From a bacterium (GTDB lineage Bacteria > Patescibacteriota > Microgenomatia > UBA1400 > UBA12108), in assembly GCA_037133595.1 (NCBI GenBank), contig JBAXNV010000001.1, positions 30,479 to 94,478 of the forward strand: a stretch of DNA of 64,000 nt, written 5' to 3'. The notes beneath the pieces were generated by a model. It was given only the letters and a program-made list of their open reading frames with translations, did not search any database and was not told where the DNA came from. A program made the position numbers and the translations under genes. Shown in pieces: positions 1 to 10,200 of the stretch. How positions within the stretch are numbered: the first letter of the stretch is position 1; the number at the start of each line of letters is the position of its first letter.

Positions 1-2
1 GC

Positions 3-386
3 GTTAGCCAGTCAGTCGAGATAGACAAAAAGTCAGCCCTTGCTCCACCTGACGTAGATATGGCGCTTTCTCTTCGCGTGTACCAAACACCAGAACTTGC
101 TATTCTGGTCCCAGAAAGTGAGAGAGTGGCAGAAGCAATTTTACCGCTTTCCCAAAGAATCGGGTCCAGTTTTCGCTATGGTGGCTCGCCTAATTTAGTT
201 TTTTATAGTCAAAAGCACGTGACATATTATTACAACGTCGACGAGTGGATTGCCGCGCTAAATTCTATCCCATCTCTTACGATGTTTGCTACCGCCGATA
301 TGCCTCGCCTACCAGCTAGTTACGTTGTTGAATCAATAAATAAAAGTTATGTTACGGCAAGTCAGGGGGAAGATGCTGTCCGTTAG
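3..386 (+). CDS. 3' part of a gene starting before the window; possibly the C-terminal extracellular tail of a GT-C/ArnT-like protein
   Basis: Frame is open from base 3 to the stop at 386; SPNLVFYS segment and gene context; function is a guess. Confidence 0.5.
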   Translation, partial: VSQSVEIDKKSALAPPDVDMALSLRVYQTPELAILVPESERVAEAILPLSQRIGSSFRYGGSPNLVFYSQKHVTYYYNVDEWIAALNSIPSLTMFATADMPRLPASYVVESINKSYVTASQGEDAVR

Positions 387-1149
387 TACACAAATCGCTA
401 GGGAAGATTCGCTAAGTACTTTTGAAGAAATGCTCAAGAGTATAAGTTTTGCTAACGAAATTATCATCTTTAATATGCAAAGGAATGATCAAGAATTTAG
501 AAATATTGCCAACAAATTTCATGCCAAAATTATTGAGGTAAAGACCCCCAAGATCGTAGAAGTAATTCGAGAAGATCAAGTATCGTCTGCAAGTGGCAAC
601 TGGGTTCTAGTAATGGATTTTGACGAAATCATAACGCCAGTTCTTTCAACGGAGATATTAAAGATAACTAAAGAAAATAATTCTGCCTATTCAGGATTTA
701 ACATTCTTCGCCGCAACTATTCGCTTGGTTTTCCGTTAAGTCATGGTGGGTTCGGCGATGATTATGTGTTGAGATTAATTCACAAATCATCTTTTCTTTC
801 TTGGCCAACCAACATTCATTCAACGCCGACTTTCAAAGGCAAAGTGGGCAAGTTAAAAAATTACATGGAACATCATAAGGACGAGAGTGTAGAACAAATG
901 GTGGACAAGACTAATAGATACTCTGATATTGAGTCACAACAATTTCTCGAAGGCAGTCTACCCAAAGTGGTAACAGCTACCCTTATGCGCAAATGGTGGA
1001 TGGAAACATTGCGTAGAGGTGCTTTCAAAGCAGGGTTTCTCGATGGCAAAATAGGCCTGATCCAATCTATCTATCAGGGTTTCTCGGTATTTATTAGCTA
1101 CGCCAAACTTTACGAAAAACAAATCAGTAGTAAGACAACCAAATCATAG
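373..1149 (+). CDS. GT2 glycosyltransferase (WaaE/KdtX-like beta-1,4-glucosyltransferase type)
   Basis: WVLVMDFDE DxD motif, RRNY..G, K.NRYS; paralogue of 7727..8545; start at the second Met. Confidence 0.85.
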   Translation: MLSVSTQIAREDSLSTFEEMLKSISFANEIIIFNMQRNDQEFRNIANKFHAKIIEVKTPKIVEVIREDQVSSASGNWVLVMDFDEIITPVLSTEILKITKENNSAYSGFNILRRNYSLGFPLSHGGFGDDYVLRLIHKSSFLSWPTNIHSTPTFKGKVGKLKNYMEHHKDESVEQMVDKTNRYSDIESQQFLEGSLPKVVTATLMRKWWMETLRRGAFKAGFLDGKIGLIQSIYQGFSVFISYAKLYEKQISSKTTKS

Positions 1150-1152
1150 CAC

Positions 1153-1168
1153 TTCGATGATTCGAATC
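1153..1168. repeat. Left copy of a 16-bp inverted repeat, TTCGATGATTCGAATC (palindromic core GATTCGAATC)
   Basis: Exact reverse complement of 1635-1650. Confidence 0.85.
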
Positions 1169-1180
1169 GATGGAGTAATT

Positions 1181-1624
1181 ATGTCACAGGTATCAAAGCG
1201 AAAAATAGATCAAAAAGTTTACGATAAGTTGTTCTCCCTATTGCCGGAATTTATGGGGAGGTTAAGCCGCAATAACCATCAACAAGATTTTGTAAATACA
1301 CTATTCTATACAACCGAGAAGACAATGATCGCCAAAAGGCTTGCAATTGCTTTTATGTTGACCAAAGAATATACGTACAGTCAGATGATCTCCAAACTAA
1401 AGGTCAGTCAGGGTACAGTTGCCAAAGTTGCAGAGATGGTTGGTAACGCCGACAAATCATTTATATCCGAACTTCAAAATATTTCCAAAGAACAGCAATT
1501 TGTCGATTTTCTTGAACTTATCGGTTACAAGATTGAAACCATGCTTCCACCCAAAGGTGGCAACTGGTCCGTGTGGAGGCGTAGAATAGAGAAGGACAAG
1601 CAAAAATCAGAGCAACCATTTTAA
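1181..1624 (+). CDS. TrpR/YerC-YecD-like helix-turn-helix regulator
   Basis: TE..MIAKRLAIA.ML...TY..(I/M)...LKVS..TV..V TrpR-family pattern; GGAG upstream of ATG 1181. Confidence 0.75.
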   Translation: MSQVSKRKIDQKVYDKLFSLLPEFMGRLSRNNHQQDFVNTLFYTTEKTMIAKRLAIAFMLTKEYTYSQMISKLKVSQGTVAKVAEMVGNADKSFISELQNISKEQQFVDFLELIGYKIETMLPPKGGNWSVWRRRIEKDKQKSEQPF

Positions 1625-1632
1625 ATACTACA

Positions 1633-1650
1633 ATGATTCGAATCATCGAA
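1633..1650. repeat. Right copy of the inverted repeat, including the perfect palindrome ATGATTCGAATCAT
   Basis: 1635-1650 GATTCGAATCATCGAA is the reverse complement of 1153-1168. Confidence 0.85.
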
Positions 1651-1660
1651 TTAATCAAAT

Positions 1661-2710
1661 ATGAAAATAGATACAAAAAAAGCATTAATTGTTAGCCCAT
1701 ATCTTGATCATCTTGGTGGTGGCGAGCGCTACATGCTTTCAATCGCCTCTGCTCTGGAGTCTCTCAACTATCAAGTGACATTCTCCTGGGACAATATCGA
1801 AGAGATTAACAAACTAGCAGCCATGCTTGGAATAACTTTACAAGATCCCGCCATAGATCAGCGAGTTATGTCTCTATATCACAGCAAAAATCCTATGGCC
1901 ATGTACCTAGCCTCTCGCAGGTATGATCTCACGGTCTATCTTTCTGATGGTTCACTTCCTCTACTCGGTAGTCGCAAAAATCTTATTCACATGCAGGTCC
2001 CATTTCACAATGTCGGTGGAAATAGTTTTAAAAACAAATTTAAAAAAAGATTCTTTAACGACATCATTGTCAACTCACAATTTACCAAAAAAATTATTGA
2101 TCAAGAATTCGGTGTCAACTCAACAGTGTTGTATCCACCAGTTCAGTTAGTGGAAGTGAAAAAAGCAAAAGAAAAAATTATCCTCTCGGTTGGTCGTTTT
2201 GAGCCATCACTCAATACCAAAAAACAGGATATTTTGATCGAAGCTTTTCGCATATTTTCGCCCAAGTTCCCTGAGTGGAAATTGGTTTTGGCTGGAGCTT
2301 CCACCAGCGACGAGTGGATCAATCGTCTTCGCGAAATGGCAGTCGGTCTCCCAATAGAGTTTGCAATTAATGCAACTCACGGTGATCTAAATGATCTATA
2401 TGCTAGATCTACAGTTTATTGGCATGCCGCAGGATATGGAATAAATGAAGCTAAAAACCCCGAGCTAACAGAGCATTTTGGCATTAGTTGCGTAGAGGCC
2501 ATTTCTGCTGGTTGTGCTCCATTTGTTGTTGGTAAGGGTGGGCAGCCAGAAATAGTTAGTGACATATCCTATCATTGGGAGACCCCATCAGACCTCGCCA
2601 TCAAAACAGCAGCATGGATTAACTCTCCAAGAGCTATCCCGACTTTTGCAACAGATTATTCGCTTAAAGCTTTTACCAATCAGCTAAGCACTCTGCTGCA
2701 AAAAATATGA
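1661..2710 (+). CDS. GT4 glycosyltransferase
   Basis: GGGERY N-terminal motif, SVGRF, K.Q, EHFGISCVEA (ExFG..E). Confidence 0.9.
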   Translation: MKIDTKKALIVSPYLDHLGGGERYMLSIASALESLNYQVTFSWDNIEEINKLAAMLGITLQDPAIDQRVMSLYHSKNPMAMYLASRRYDLTVYLSDGSLPLLGSRKNLIHMQVPFHNVGGNSFKNKFKKRFFNDIIVNSQFTKKIIDQEFGVNSTVLYPPVQLVEVKKAKEKIILSVGRFEPSLNTKKQDILIEAFRIFSPKFPEWKLVLAGASTSDEWINRLREMAVGLPIEFAINATHGDLNDLYARSTVYWHAAGYGINEAKNPELTEHFGISCVEAISAGCAPFVVGKGGQPEIVSDISYHWETPSDLAIKTAAWINSPRAIPTFATDYSLKAFTNQLSTLLQKI

Positions 2711-4056
2711 AAAAATATTGGCTAATAATTTGGATATTAATTTTCGCTTTCGGGGCAATAGTTAGATTTTTCCAATTTACTTCACGCTCCCCATTTGATT
2801 GGGATCAAAATCGTGATTATGCAGCAGTTGCCTCGATTGTTTCTGGCAAACCAACTCTACTTGGACCTATCGCCAAAGGCGATAATGGTTTTTATATAGG
2901 GCCCTTGTATTATTATCTACTAGTCCCAGGATACATCGTCTCAAAAGGCAATCCAATCTCATTCCCAATAACAAGTATTACTATCGATTTGCTTGGGATT
3001 GCTCTTCTAATTTATCTTGCATATCGGCGTTCGAGCGAGCGCCAAGTTGCAACAATTATCGCTGGCATCTGGTCAATTTCTTGGTTTTGTATCGAAAACT
3101 CTCGCGTGTCGTGGAATGTGGCATTACTATTTTCATGGATGGCCGCAATGTATGTTTTTGCGACGATGCGCAATAACACCAATTTGAGGATATTTTGTTA
3201 TGGCTTGGTAGCGGGTTTAGCCTGGCATATTCACGCTTCGCTCTTGCCGCTTAGCATCATTTTGCCAGTATTTTTCTTGCCCCAATCTACTTCTCGTATC
3301 AAAAGTTATTTACTATTTTGCGTTGGATATTTCGTTCCGCTCATCCCGTTATTGGCTTTTGATTTGCGTCACGCATTTTTTAATCTCAATCTTATGCTTA
3401 ATTTTGTCTCCACTCAAAACGACTTGCCTCACTCATCTATTACTTCAATTATCATAGATGTTATCGCCAAATTGGGTCGAAATACCATGGGAATCATAGG
3501 GGGTCCTCTTCGCTCCAATGTTTGGGTTGGGATTGCCGTAATGATGCTAGCATTGTGGGGGTTATTTACTCGCCGCCGCACTACTTTGTGGGCCAGTGTA
3601 ATCATATTTTTTAACTTTATATTTGTGGTAGCTTTGCGTGACCTACGCTTTCCCGAATATTATCTTGCTGCCAGTTATCTACCGGTTCTAATTTTGTTAT
3701 TCAATTTACGAATAAAGTTTGTTATACCTACGCTCGCTCTTTTGTTAATTGCGTTCTTCAATATTTCCTCGTACTCAATCGCTCCAAGCCCATATTCTTT
3801 GGCTAATAAAATTTTGCTTACGCAAAAAGTTTCTTCCTTAAAAGCCTCAATCGATGCGCGCTATGAGCTATCTCCTGGTAGGGAAGGGGGGATTGTGCCC
3901 CTTTTGCAAAAAGCAGGCGTTACAATCAACCAATCAGCTGACACTAAGATTATCTTTACGGATAAACTAGACGGCCAAGTTACAATCGGCAGTATGTTCG
4001 CTACAGATCTAATTCGCATCGGTGGCTTACGCGCCGCCATCTATAAGGTACAATAA
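2707..4056 (+). CDS. GT-C fold (ArnT/PMT_2-like) membrane glycosyltransferase
   Basis: Multi-TM; R after TM1, DQ.RD, GP.YYYL, SR.SWN. Confidence 0.75.
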   Translation: MKKYWLIIWILIFAFGAIVRFFQFTSRSPFDWDQNRDYAAVASIVSGKPTLLGPIAKGDNGFYIGPLYYYLLVPGYIVSKGNPISFPITSITIDLLGIALLIYLAYRRSSERQVATIIAGIWSISWFCIENSRVSWNVALLFSWMAAMYVFATMRNNTNLRIFCYGLVAGLAWHIHASLLPLSIILPVFFLPQSTSRIKSYLLFCVGYFVPLIPLLAFDLRHAFFNLNLMLNFVSTQNDLPHSSITSIIIDVIAKLGRNTMGIIGGPLRSNVWVGIAVMMLALWGLFTRRRTTLWASVIIFFNFIFVVALRDLRFPEYYLAASYLPVLILLFNLRIKFVIPTLALLLIAFFNISSYSIAPSPYSLANKILLTQKVSSLKASIDARYELSPGREGGIVPLLQKAGVTINQSADTKIIFTDKLDGQVTIGSMFATDLIRIGGLRAAIYKVQ

Positions 4057-4063
4057 TAAGAAT

Positions 4064-4966
4064 ATGAAAAACCAAATGCCATCTGTTAGTGTCGTAATAC
4101 CAAGTTGGAACAGTGAATCACAAATGAAGCAAAACTTACCTTATGTTTTTGCAGCCGCCAAAAAAGTTGACGCCGAAATAATAATTGTCGACGATGCAAG
4201 CGCTTTCGACAAATCCTACGTTTACATCAAATCACTCAAAGACAAAGTTCGTGGCTACGAAAATAAGACTAATCTCGGATATTCCGCTACCGTTAATCGT
4301 GGGGTTACCCTAGCCAAAGGTGATCTTATCATGCTACTTAACACAGATGTTCGTCCAGAGCCAGATTGTTTTCTCAATGCGCTTGCATACTTCGAGGACG
4401 ATTCGGTCTATTCGGTTGGATTCAATAGTGGTGAGGCTTGGATGGGTGCCGAGTGGGACAGAGGGCTCTTGCAACACTTCAAGGTGGAGCCAACCAATGA
4501 CAATAAAAATAAGGTTAATTCAACTTGTTGGGCAAGTGGTGGCCAGGCGGCTTTTGATCGCAAAAAATGGCTTGCATTAGGAGGTATGGACCTTTTGTTC
4601 AAACCATTTTACTGGGAAGATACCGATATGGGTTATCGTAGCTGGAAAAGAGGTTGGCAAAATCTATGGGGTCCAACCTGCAAATGTGTTCATGATCACA
4701 AGAAAAGTGTAATTGCCAATAACTTTACCAAAGAATTCGTAATGGCCACCGCCCAAAGAAATCAATTTCTCTTTCTCTGGAAAAATATTTCTGACCTGGG
4801 GTATCTTCTCTCTCACCTTATCCGCTTACCCTATTATTTGCTCAAATATCCAGGTCCTGTTGGGAAAGCTATTCTACTTCTTCCCAAGGCGCTTATTGCC
4901 AGGAGTAAAGAAAGTAAGTATTGGGTAAAGAGCGATCGTGATATCCTTAAGACATGGTCAAGATAA
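4064..4966 (+). CDS. GT2 glycosyltransferase
   Basis: VVIPSWN, VDDAS, NLGYS..VNRG, LLNTD, YWEDTD; TACAAT upstream of ATG 4064. Confidence 0.9.
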   Translation: MKNQMPSVSVVIPSWNSESQMKQNLPYVFAAAKKVDAEIIIVDDASAFDKSYVYIKSLKDKVRGYENKTNLGYSATVNRGVTLAKGDLIMLLNTDVRPEPDCFLNALAYFEDDSVYSVGFNSGEAWMGAEWDRGLLQHFKVEPTNDNKNKVNSTCWASGGQAAFDRKKWLALGGMDLLFKPFYWEDTDMGYRSWKRGWQNLWGPTCKCVHDHKKSVIANNFTKEFVMATAQRNQFLFLWKNISDLGYLLSHLIRLPYYLLKYPGPVGKAILLLPKALIARSKESKYWVKSDRDILKTWSR

Positions 4967-6060
4967 AAGATATTTTGTTACGTCTCCTAGTGTGGTGCTT
5001 GGTAGTCCTAGCTGTTATGGTTCTGGGATATTTTTTACTTCCCTCACGCTATGCTCCCTTGGCATTTCTTGCTCCAATTTATCGTAGTACTTTTCTTCTA
5101 TGGTCTTGGGCCAACTTTGATGGAGAGCATTATTTACTTATTGCCCAGTATGGGTATCAGATGATTGCTGGGCAATCAGAATACGCTTTTTTCCCACTTT
5201 TCCCTCTCGTGATTCGTTTCGTAGGTATGCTACTTCTTGGTGATTATTATCTCGCTAGTCATTTAATTGTTATTTGTTCATTGATTGGTTTTGCGTATTT
5301 TCTCACTCGTTGGACCAGTAAGATGGGGGGCAAGCTATATTCAATACTCTTGCAAGAACTAATATTTCCTGGAGCAATATTCTTGGCAAGTATTTACACT
5401 GAGCCGCTTTATTTGTTTCTTACAATCATAGTTTTTATTTTTGCAGAAAATAAACAGTGGGGCAGAGCTGCACTATTTACGGCATTCGCAACCGCTACTC
5501 GCATTAATGGGGTATTCCTCGTGCTATTTTTATTAATAAAAATGTTTCGCCAAAAACTAACTCCATTATCCATAATTTCAAATTCATTGTTATCCATATC
5601 TGGCTTGCTCAGTTACATGACATATTTATATCTCACGACCGGCAACGCTCTTTCATTTTATGTTGCACAGTCGGGTTGGGGCAAAAGCACACTTACAATG
5701 CCATGGGACACAGTTATTAGGTATACCCAAGCGCTTACTACAGGATTTATCCCCGACCTTACTCATCTTGTTGTTGCAGTAGAGGTAGTAGTCACGCTGT
5801 ATTTAATTACACTTTTCGTACTTTCATATATTCGTCATACACTTGATTTAGCGTACCTGATCTATTGTTTGGGTAATTTAGCTTTACCACTTGCGACAGG
5901 GAGTCTAGGTAGTATGCCCCGTTTTGGGCTTCTCTTGTTCCCATTGTTCTTGGTACTTGGTAGCTTTAGCAAGCCAAAGCGCGTTATACTATATGTAGTC
6001 TCCGGCACACTTGCAGTCATAGGAGTAATCTTGTTTACGAGAGGATATTGGTGGGCATGA
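4954..6060 (+). CDS. GT-C mannosyltransferase-like protein (PIG-V/Mannosyl_trans2 type)
   Basis: WANFDGEHYL.IA..GY, AFFPLFP, YTE.L, ATR..G, SMPRF. Confidence 0.8.
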   Translation: MVKIKDILLRLLVWCLVVLAVMVLGYFLLPSRYAPLAFLAPIYRSTFLLWSWANFDGEHYLLIAQYGYQMIAGQSEYAFFPLFPLVIRFVGMLLLGDYYLASHLIVICSLIGFAYFLTRWTSKMGGKLYSILLQELIFPGAIFLASIYTEPLYLFLTIIVFIFAENKQWGRAALFTAFATATRINGVFLVLFLLIKMFRQKLTPLSIISNSLLSISGLLSYMTYLYLTTGNALSFYVAQSGWGKSTLTMPWDTVIRYTQALTTGFIPDLTHLVVAVEVVVTLYLITLFVLSYIRHTLDLAYLIYCLGNLALPLATGSLGSMPRFGLLLFPLFLVLGSFSKPKRVILYVVSGTLAVIGVILFTRGYWWA

Positions 6061-7730
6061 AAAAAATACTTTCAATCAAGTGGATTATTATTTTTGCAGC
6101 CGTACTTAGGCTTTCATTCTTAGGTAGTGCTCCAATCTCTCTTAATTGGGACGAAATAAGTATGGGCTATACAGCGTATTCTGTAGGAGCTACTGGTCGC
6201 GATGAATGGGGAGAGTTATTGCCAATATTTTTTCGTTCCTACGGAGAGTGGAAAAGTGCGGTTTACATTTACCTACTAGTACCTTTTATAAAAGTCTTGG
6301 GGCTAAATGCTTGGGCGGTTCGCCTTCCTTCAGCACTTGCCGGGATTGGTGCTGTTTATCTTATATATTTACTTGGCAAAAGACTTTATAGTGAGAAAGT
6401 TGGGCTCTGGTCTGCGCTTTTAATCGCAGTTACTCCATGGCATCTCGTGCTATCCCGGCCTGCATTCGAGGCCAATGTATCACTTACCCTCCTCCTACTT
6501 GGAATTTACGGATTTGTTAGAGCATGGCAAACTCACTGGCAGTGGCAGGGTCTCGCACTTTCACTCATTGGTTTTGGCCTTGCTCCACATACTTACAACA
6601 GTGGCAAGATCGTAGTGCCCTTTCTCGTGCTTTATCTAGTCGTTGCAACCAAGTTTTACAAATCAATAAAAAACTGCGCATTATACTTTGGGGTTCTTGC
6701 AGTTTTTGCTCTCCCCATTCTTCTCAATATGGCAACTGGTCGTGCCCAATATCGCTATACTCAGGTCGGGGTGACAACAGATCAGTCAGCTGTGGCCAAG
6801 TTTTACGACAGTAGGAAAACCTTCCCTCTCCCAGAACTTGCCAACAAGATCCTATTCAACCAAGGCACTTTCTTTGTGTACAAGGTAGTCGACAATTGGC
6901 TTTCATACTTTGATCCTAGCTTTCTATTTATCGAGGCCGGTGATCATCGTCAGCATCATGTTCCATATCGCGGAGTTCTTTATCTAGTCGAAGGTTTATT
7001 TATTGTTTATGGACTTAAAGTTTTGTCATCTCGAGCACAGTCGAGAGATCTATCTTCAAGATTCCTCCACTTCGGTCGGAATGACACTGTATCTCTGAAA
7101 TTTCTTCCGTTTGTCATAATCGCCCTCGGCTTCCTCCCAGGAGCTCTTACTCGCGACTCCGAGCATGTGCTACGAACCATTCTCGCAATACCTGGATTTG
7201 TATTATTAGCAGCAGTCGGTGTAGATTATCTTCAAAACAACAAGAATCTTGGTCGACTTTTCACTTACTCATTATATTTCCTAACATTTGAGATTTTCAC
7301 TTTCTTAGTTATGTATTTTGCCTGGTATCCTCGCCTCACGGCATCCGACTGGCAATATGGACACAAACAAGTCGCCATCTATTTACAGCAGCACGAAGCC
7401 GAGTATGACAAGATCATAATGACCAAATGGTTCGGCGAGCCGCAGCTATTTTTGGCTTTTTACAACAAATGGGATCCTGTGTGGTATCAACAAGAGAACA
7501 AAAAATTGATTAGCTACGAGGGTGATGGACGTCTTTGGCTGGATCAGCTCCCAGAATATAGTTTTGGCAAATATACTTTCCGTTACCTCAATTGGCAATC
7601 AGAATCAAGGGCAAAAAACACACTATATATAAGTAAATGGGACGACTTCTATCAAGATAGCGATTACCAGGGTACAATAAAGTATCCTGATGGTAGTATA
7701 GCTTTTCAATTAGTAAGGGGAGACAAATGA
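6057..7730 (+). CDS. GT-C (GT39/GT83, PMT_2) membrane glycosyltransferase
   Basis: LNWDE..GY.AYS...TGRDEWG, VRLPSAL, SR.AFEAN; ATGA overlap with the upstream gene. Confidence 0.85.
   Translation: MKKILSIKWIIIFAAVLRLSFLGSAPISLNWDEISMGYTAYSVGATGRDEWGELLPIFFRSYGEWKSAVYIYLLVPFIKVLGLNAWAVRLPSALAGIGAVYLIYLLGKRLYSEKVGLWSALLIAVTPWHLVLSRPAFEANVSLTLLLLGIYGFVRAWQTHWQWQGLALSLIGFGLAPHTYNSGKIVVPFLVLYLVVATKFYKSIKNCALYFGVLAVFALPILLNMATGRAQYRYTQVGVTTDQSAVAKFYDSRKTFPLPELANKILFNQGTFFVYKVVDNWLSYFDPSFLFIEAGDHRQHHVPYRGVLYLVEGLFIVYGLKVLSSRAQSRDLSSRFLHFGRNDTVSLKFLPFVIIALGFLPGALTRDSEHVLRTILAIPGFVLLAAVGVDYLQNNKNLGRLFTYSLYFLTFEIFTFLVMYFAWYPRLTASDWQYGHKQVAIYLQQHEAEYDKIIMTKWFGEPQLFLAFYNKWDPVWYQQENKKLISYEGDGRLWLDQLPEYSFGKYTFRYLNWQSESRAKNTLYISKWDDFYQDSDYQGTIKYPDGSIAFQLVRGDK
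7024..7086. repeat. 63-bp REP-like branched palindromic element inside a CDS
   Basis: TGTCAT...ATGACA ends; internal CTCGA-N6-TCGAG hairpin; length is a multiple of 3. Confidence 0.7.
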
Positions 7731-8545
7731 GCGACACAAATATCAAATTATCCATAGCTATTGCCTCATATAATGAGGCAGAAAATATTCAGCCTTGTCT
7801 CGAATCAGTCAAAGACCTTGCTGATGAGATAGTGGTTGTTGACGGTACTTCTACCGATAAAACAGCTGAACTCGCAAGAGAGATGGGTGCAGCAGTTATC
7901 GTAGTCCCCAATCAAAAGAATTTTCACATCAACAAGACGCTTGCAATCGATAATTGTCATGGAGAGTGGATCCTGCAGCTAGATGCCGACGAGAGGGTAA
8001 GTACAGCGCTAGCGCAAGAAATTAAGACAATAATCAGTAGTCCCAACTCTGTTTCGTACGCCGCTTTTTATCTTAAAAGGCGCAACTACTTTCTTGGGCG
8101 TTGGATGAACAAAGGGGGTATGTACCCAGATCCAGTGATTAGACTTTTTCAAAAGGGAAGAGCGCATCTGCCAGAAAAAACGGTACACGAGTTAATGGTT
8201 GTCGATGGGGAGACGAGTTGGCTGGATAATGACCTATTGCATATCGCTGATCCCACCTTTTCTCGCTACCTCAAACGTAGCAATAGATACACTACTTTGC
8301 AAGCCGAAGAATGGCTCAAAGATGGCAAGATTGGCTTGGGCTGGCCCACAATCATCCTATACTGTTTTGGCAAACCAATTTATCGCTTCTTTGAGATATA
8401 TCTACGCCACAAAGGTCTTCTGGACGGGTTTCCAGGGTTTGTATTTGCACTCTATTCAGGCCTTCATATAACCAGTTCTTATGTAAAGTATTATGAAAAA
8501 AGAAAGTCTGGCAAAGGTATTACTCTTTCAACGGACTGGGAATAA
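7727..8545 (+). CDS. GT2 glycosyltransferase (WaaE/KdtX-like)
   Basis: SYNEA, VVVDG.STD.T, WILQLDADE, RRNYFLG, YPD..IRLF, VHE. Confidence 0.9.
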   Translation: MSDTNIKLSIAIASYNEAENIQPCLESVKDLADEIVVVDGTSTDKTAELAREMGAAVIVVPNQKNFHINKTLAIDNCHGEWILQLDADERVSTALAQEIKTIISSPNSVSYAAFYLKRRNYFLGRWMNKGGMYPDPVIRLFQKGRAHLPEKTVHELMVVDGETSWLDNDLLHIADPTFSRYLKRSNRYTTLQAEEWLKDGKIGLGWPTIILYCFGKPIYRFFEIYLRHKGLLDGFPGFVFALYSGLHITSSYVKYYEKRKSGKGITLSTDWE

Positions 8546-8547
8546 CT

Positions 8548-10200
8548 ATGATCAGGCGACACTGGTTTTTTCTTACGATACTTACGATATTTTCATTTTG
8601 GTCTATCAAAATAATTTTTGCTCCCGGAATGATGCAAACACATGATGGGCTTTGGCAGGTTCAGCGCGCATCGATAATGTTTGACACTCTCAAGTCTGGT
8701 CAATTCCCTGCCCGTTGGGCATCTAGTCCAGATAATGGGTATGGGATACCACTTTTCAATTTCATCTATCCAGCTCCATATTATCTTGCCGCTCCGTTTA
8801 TGTTTTTGGGTATCGTCAATATCACCTCGATCAAAATTGTTACGATCTTTGCATATTTTTTGGGTGGATTTGGGATTTATTATCTATTTCGCAAGCATCG
8901 CATTGTAGCGCTTGCTACTGCCATTCTCTATATTCTCAATCCATATCAGTTCGTCAACATATTCGTTCGTGGTGCACTCGGCGAGACGCTTGTTATTGGT
9001 CTTGCGCCATGGGTTGTTGCAAGTGCAATGGCTCTTAAGGATCGTCGTTTGCGTTGGTATGACCCAATCGCCTTTGCGCTTGCTTTAATCTCGCACAATT
9101 TCTTAGGATTACTATTGGGAGCGATTGTATTATTTTACGGGATCGCTCTCGGTGTCTGGAAGCGCGCTTTATTGTTTGTACTATTATCAATTGGCCTTGC
9201 CTCATTTTTCCTAGTTCCCATGATTATTGAGCGCAAAGATCTGCTCTCTTCTGCTACCAGCAATTTCACATACATTTGGAGTGATCACTTTATCTACCCC
9301 AAGCAACTTATATATAGCAAATGGGATTATTGGTACTCTATGCCAGGTGACTTGCAGGACGGCATGACTTTTCAGCTTGGCTTTGCCAATCTTGTTGTCC
9401 TGGCACTTTATACTGGGTGGTATCTAGTTCGTTTTCGCAAAATGTCGGCCAAAAATAAGCTTCAGTATGGCTTTTGGCCTCTTATGGCTTTCGGGCTAAT
9501 GCTTGCAATGATCCCCGCGGGTCGATTTATCTGGGAGTTGTTTCCGATCCTTCAGACAATGCAGTTTCCATGGAGGCTACTTGGGCTTATGACTGTTGTT
9601 GTTGGTGTAATGACAGGACTATTGTTAACCAAAAGAATTTCTCATCATCGCCTTTCTGGGTTATTGTTATTACTTGCTCTCGTCTTACTGTCTCTTGTTA
9701 ATACTCGCAATTATCATCGGCCGATGAGGATAATGACTAGCGAGGAATTTCGCGTAACGAACGAAGTTTTTGCAGACAAAACCACAACTTCACTTCGCGC
9801 CGAAGTTGTACCCAAATGGGCAAGTATTGAGCGTTATCAGCCACTAAGCTTGCGATTATTTAATCCTAGGTTAGGCATGTTATCAGGGAACGCAGAGATC
9901 AATTCAGCAACTGATAATCCAGGTGATTTACGCTTCAAGGCTACCGCCGAAAACGAGCGCGCAACAGCCATTTATTATCGCAATTATTACCCCATTTGGC
10001 AGGCAACAATAGATGGTAAACCATTGGCTATCTCTCCAACCGACTCAGGTGAAATCTCAATTCCACTGACTCAAGGTATTCATGATTATCATATCTATTT
10101 GCACAATACCAAAGCCGCAAGCGTAGGTAACTGGGTCTCTCTATTATCACTTGCCGTAGTCATTACCATGGCGACAATAGAGCGTAAGGCCAAATCATGA
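8548..10200 (+). CDS. GT-C/YfhO-like membrane protein (PTPS-related membrane family)
   Basis: THDG..Q, GQFP.RW, GYG.PLFNF.YP, RGALGE, QFPWR, YYP.W.ATIDG. Confidence 0.75.
   Translation: MIRRHWFFLTILTIFSFWSIKIIFAPGMMQTHDGLWQVQRASIMFDTLKSGQFPARWASSPDNGYGIPLFNFIYPAPYYLAAPFMFLGIVNITSIKIVTIFAYFLGGFGIYYLFRKHRIVALATAILYILNPYQFVNIFVRGALGETLVIGLAPWVVASAMALKDRRLRWYDPIAFALALISHNFLGLLLGAIVLFYGIALGVWKRALLFVLLSIGLASFFLVPMIIERKDLLSSATSNFTYIWSDHFIYPKQLIYSKWDYWYSMPGDLQDGMTFQLGFANLVVLALYTGWYLVRFRKMSAKNKLQYGFWPLMAFGLMLAMIPAGRFIWELFPILQTMQFPWRLLGLMTVVVGVMTGLLLTKRISHHRLSGLLLLLALVLLSLVNTRNYHRPMRIMTSEEFRVTNEVFADKTTTSLRAEVVPKWASIERYQPLSLRLFNPRLGMLSGNAEINSATDNPGDLRFKATAENERATAIYYRNYYPIWQATIDGKPLAISPTDSGEISIPLTQGIHDYHIYLHNTKAASVGNWVSLLSLAVVITMATIERKAKS

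Noticed and set aside
1153-1650. IS element defined by terminal inverted repeats
   Set aside because: The enclosed ORF is TrpR-like with no transposase motifs, and no target-site duplication was seen.
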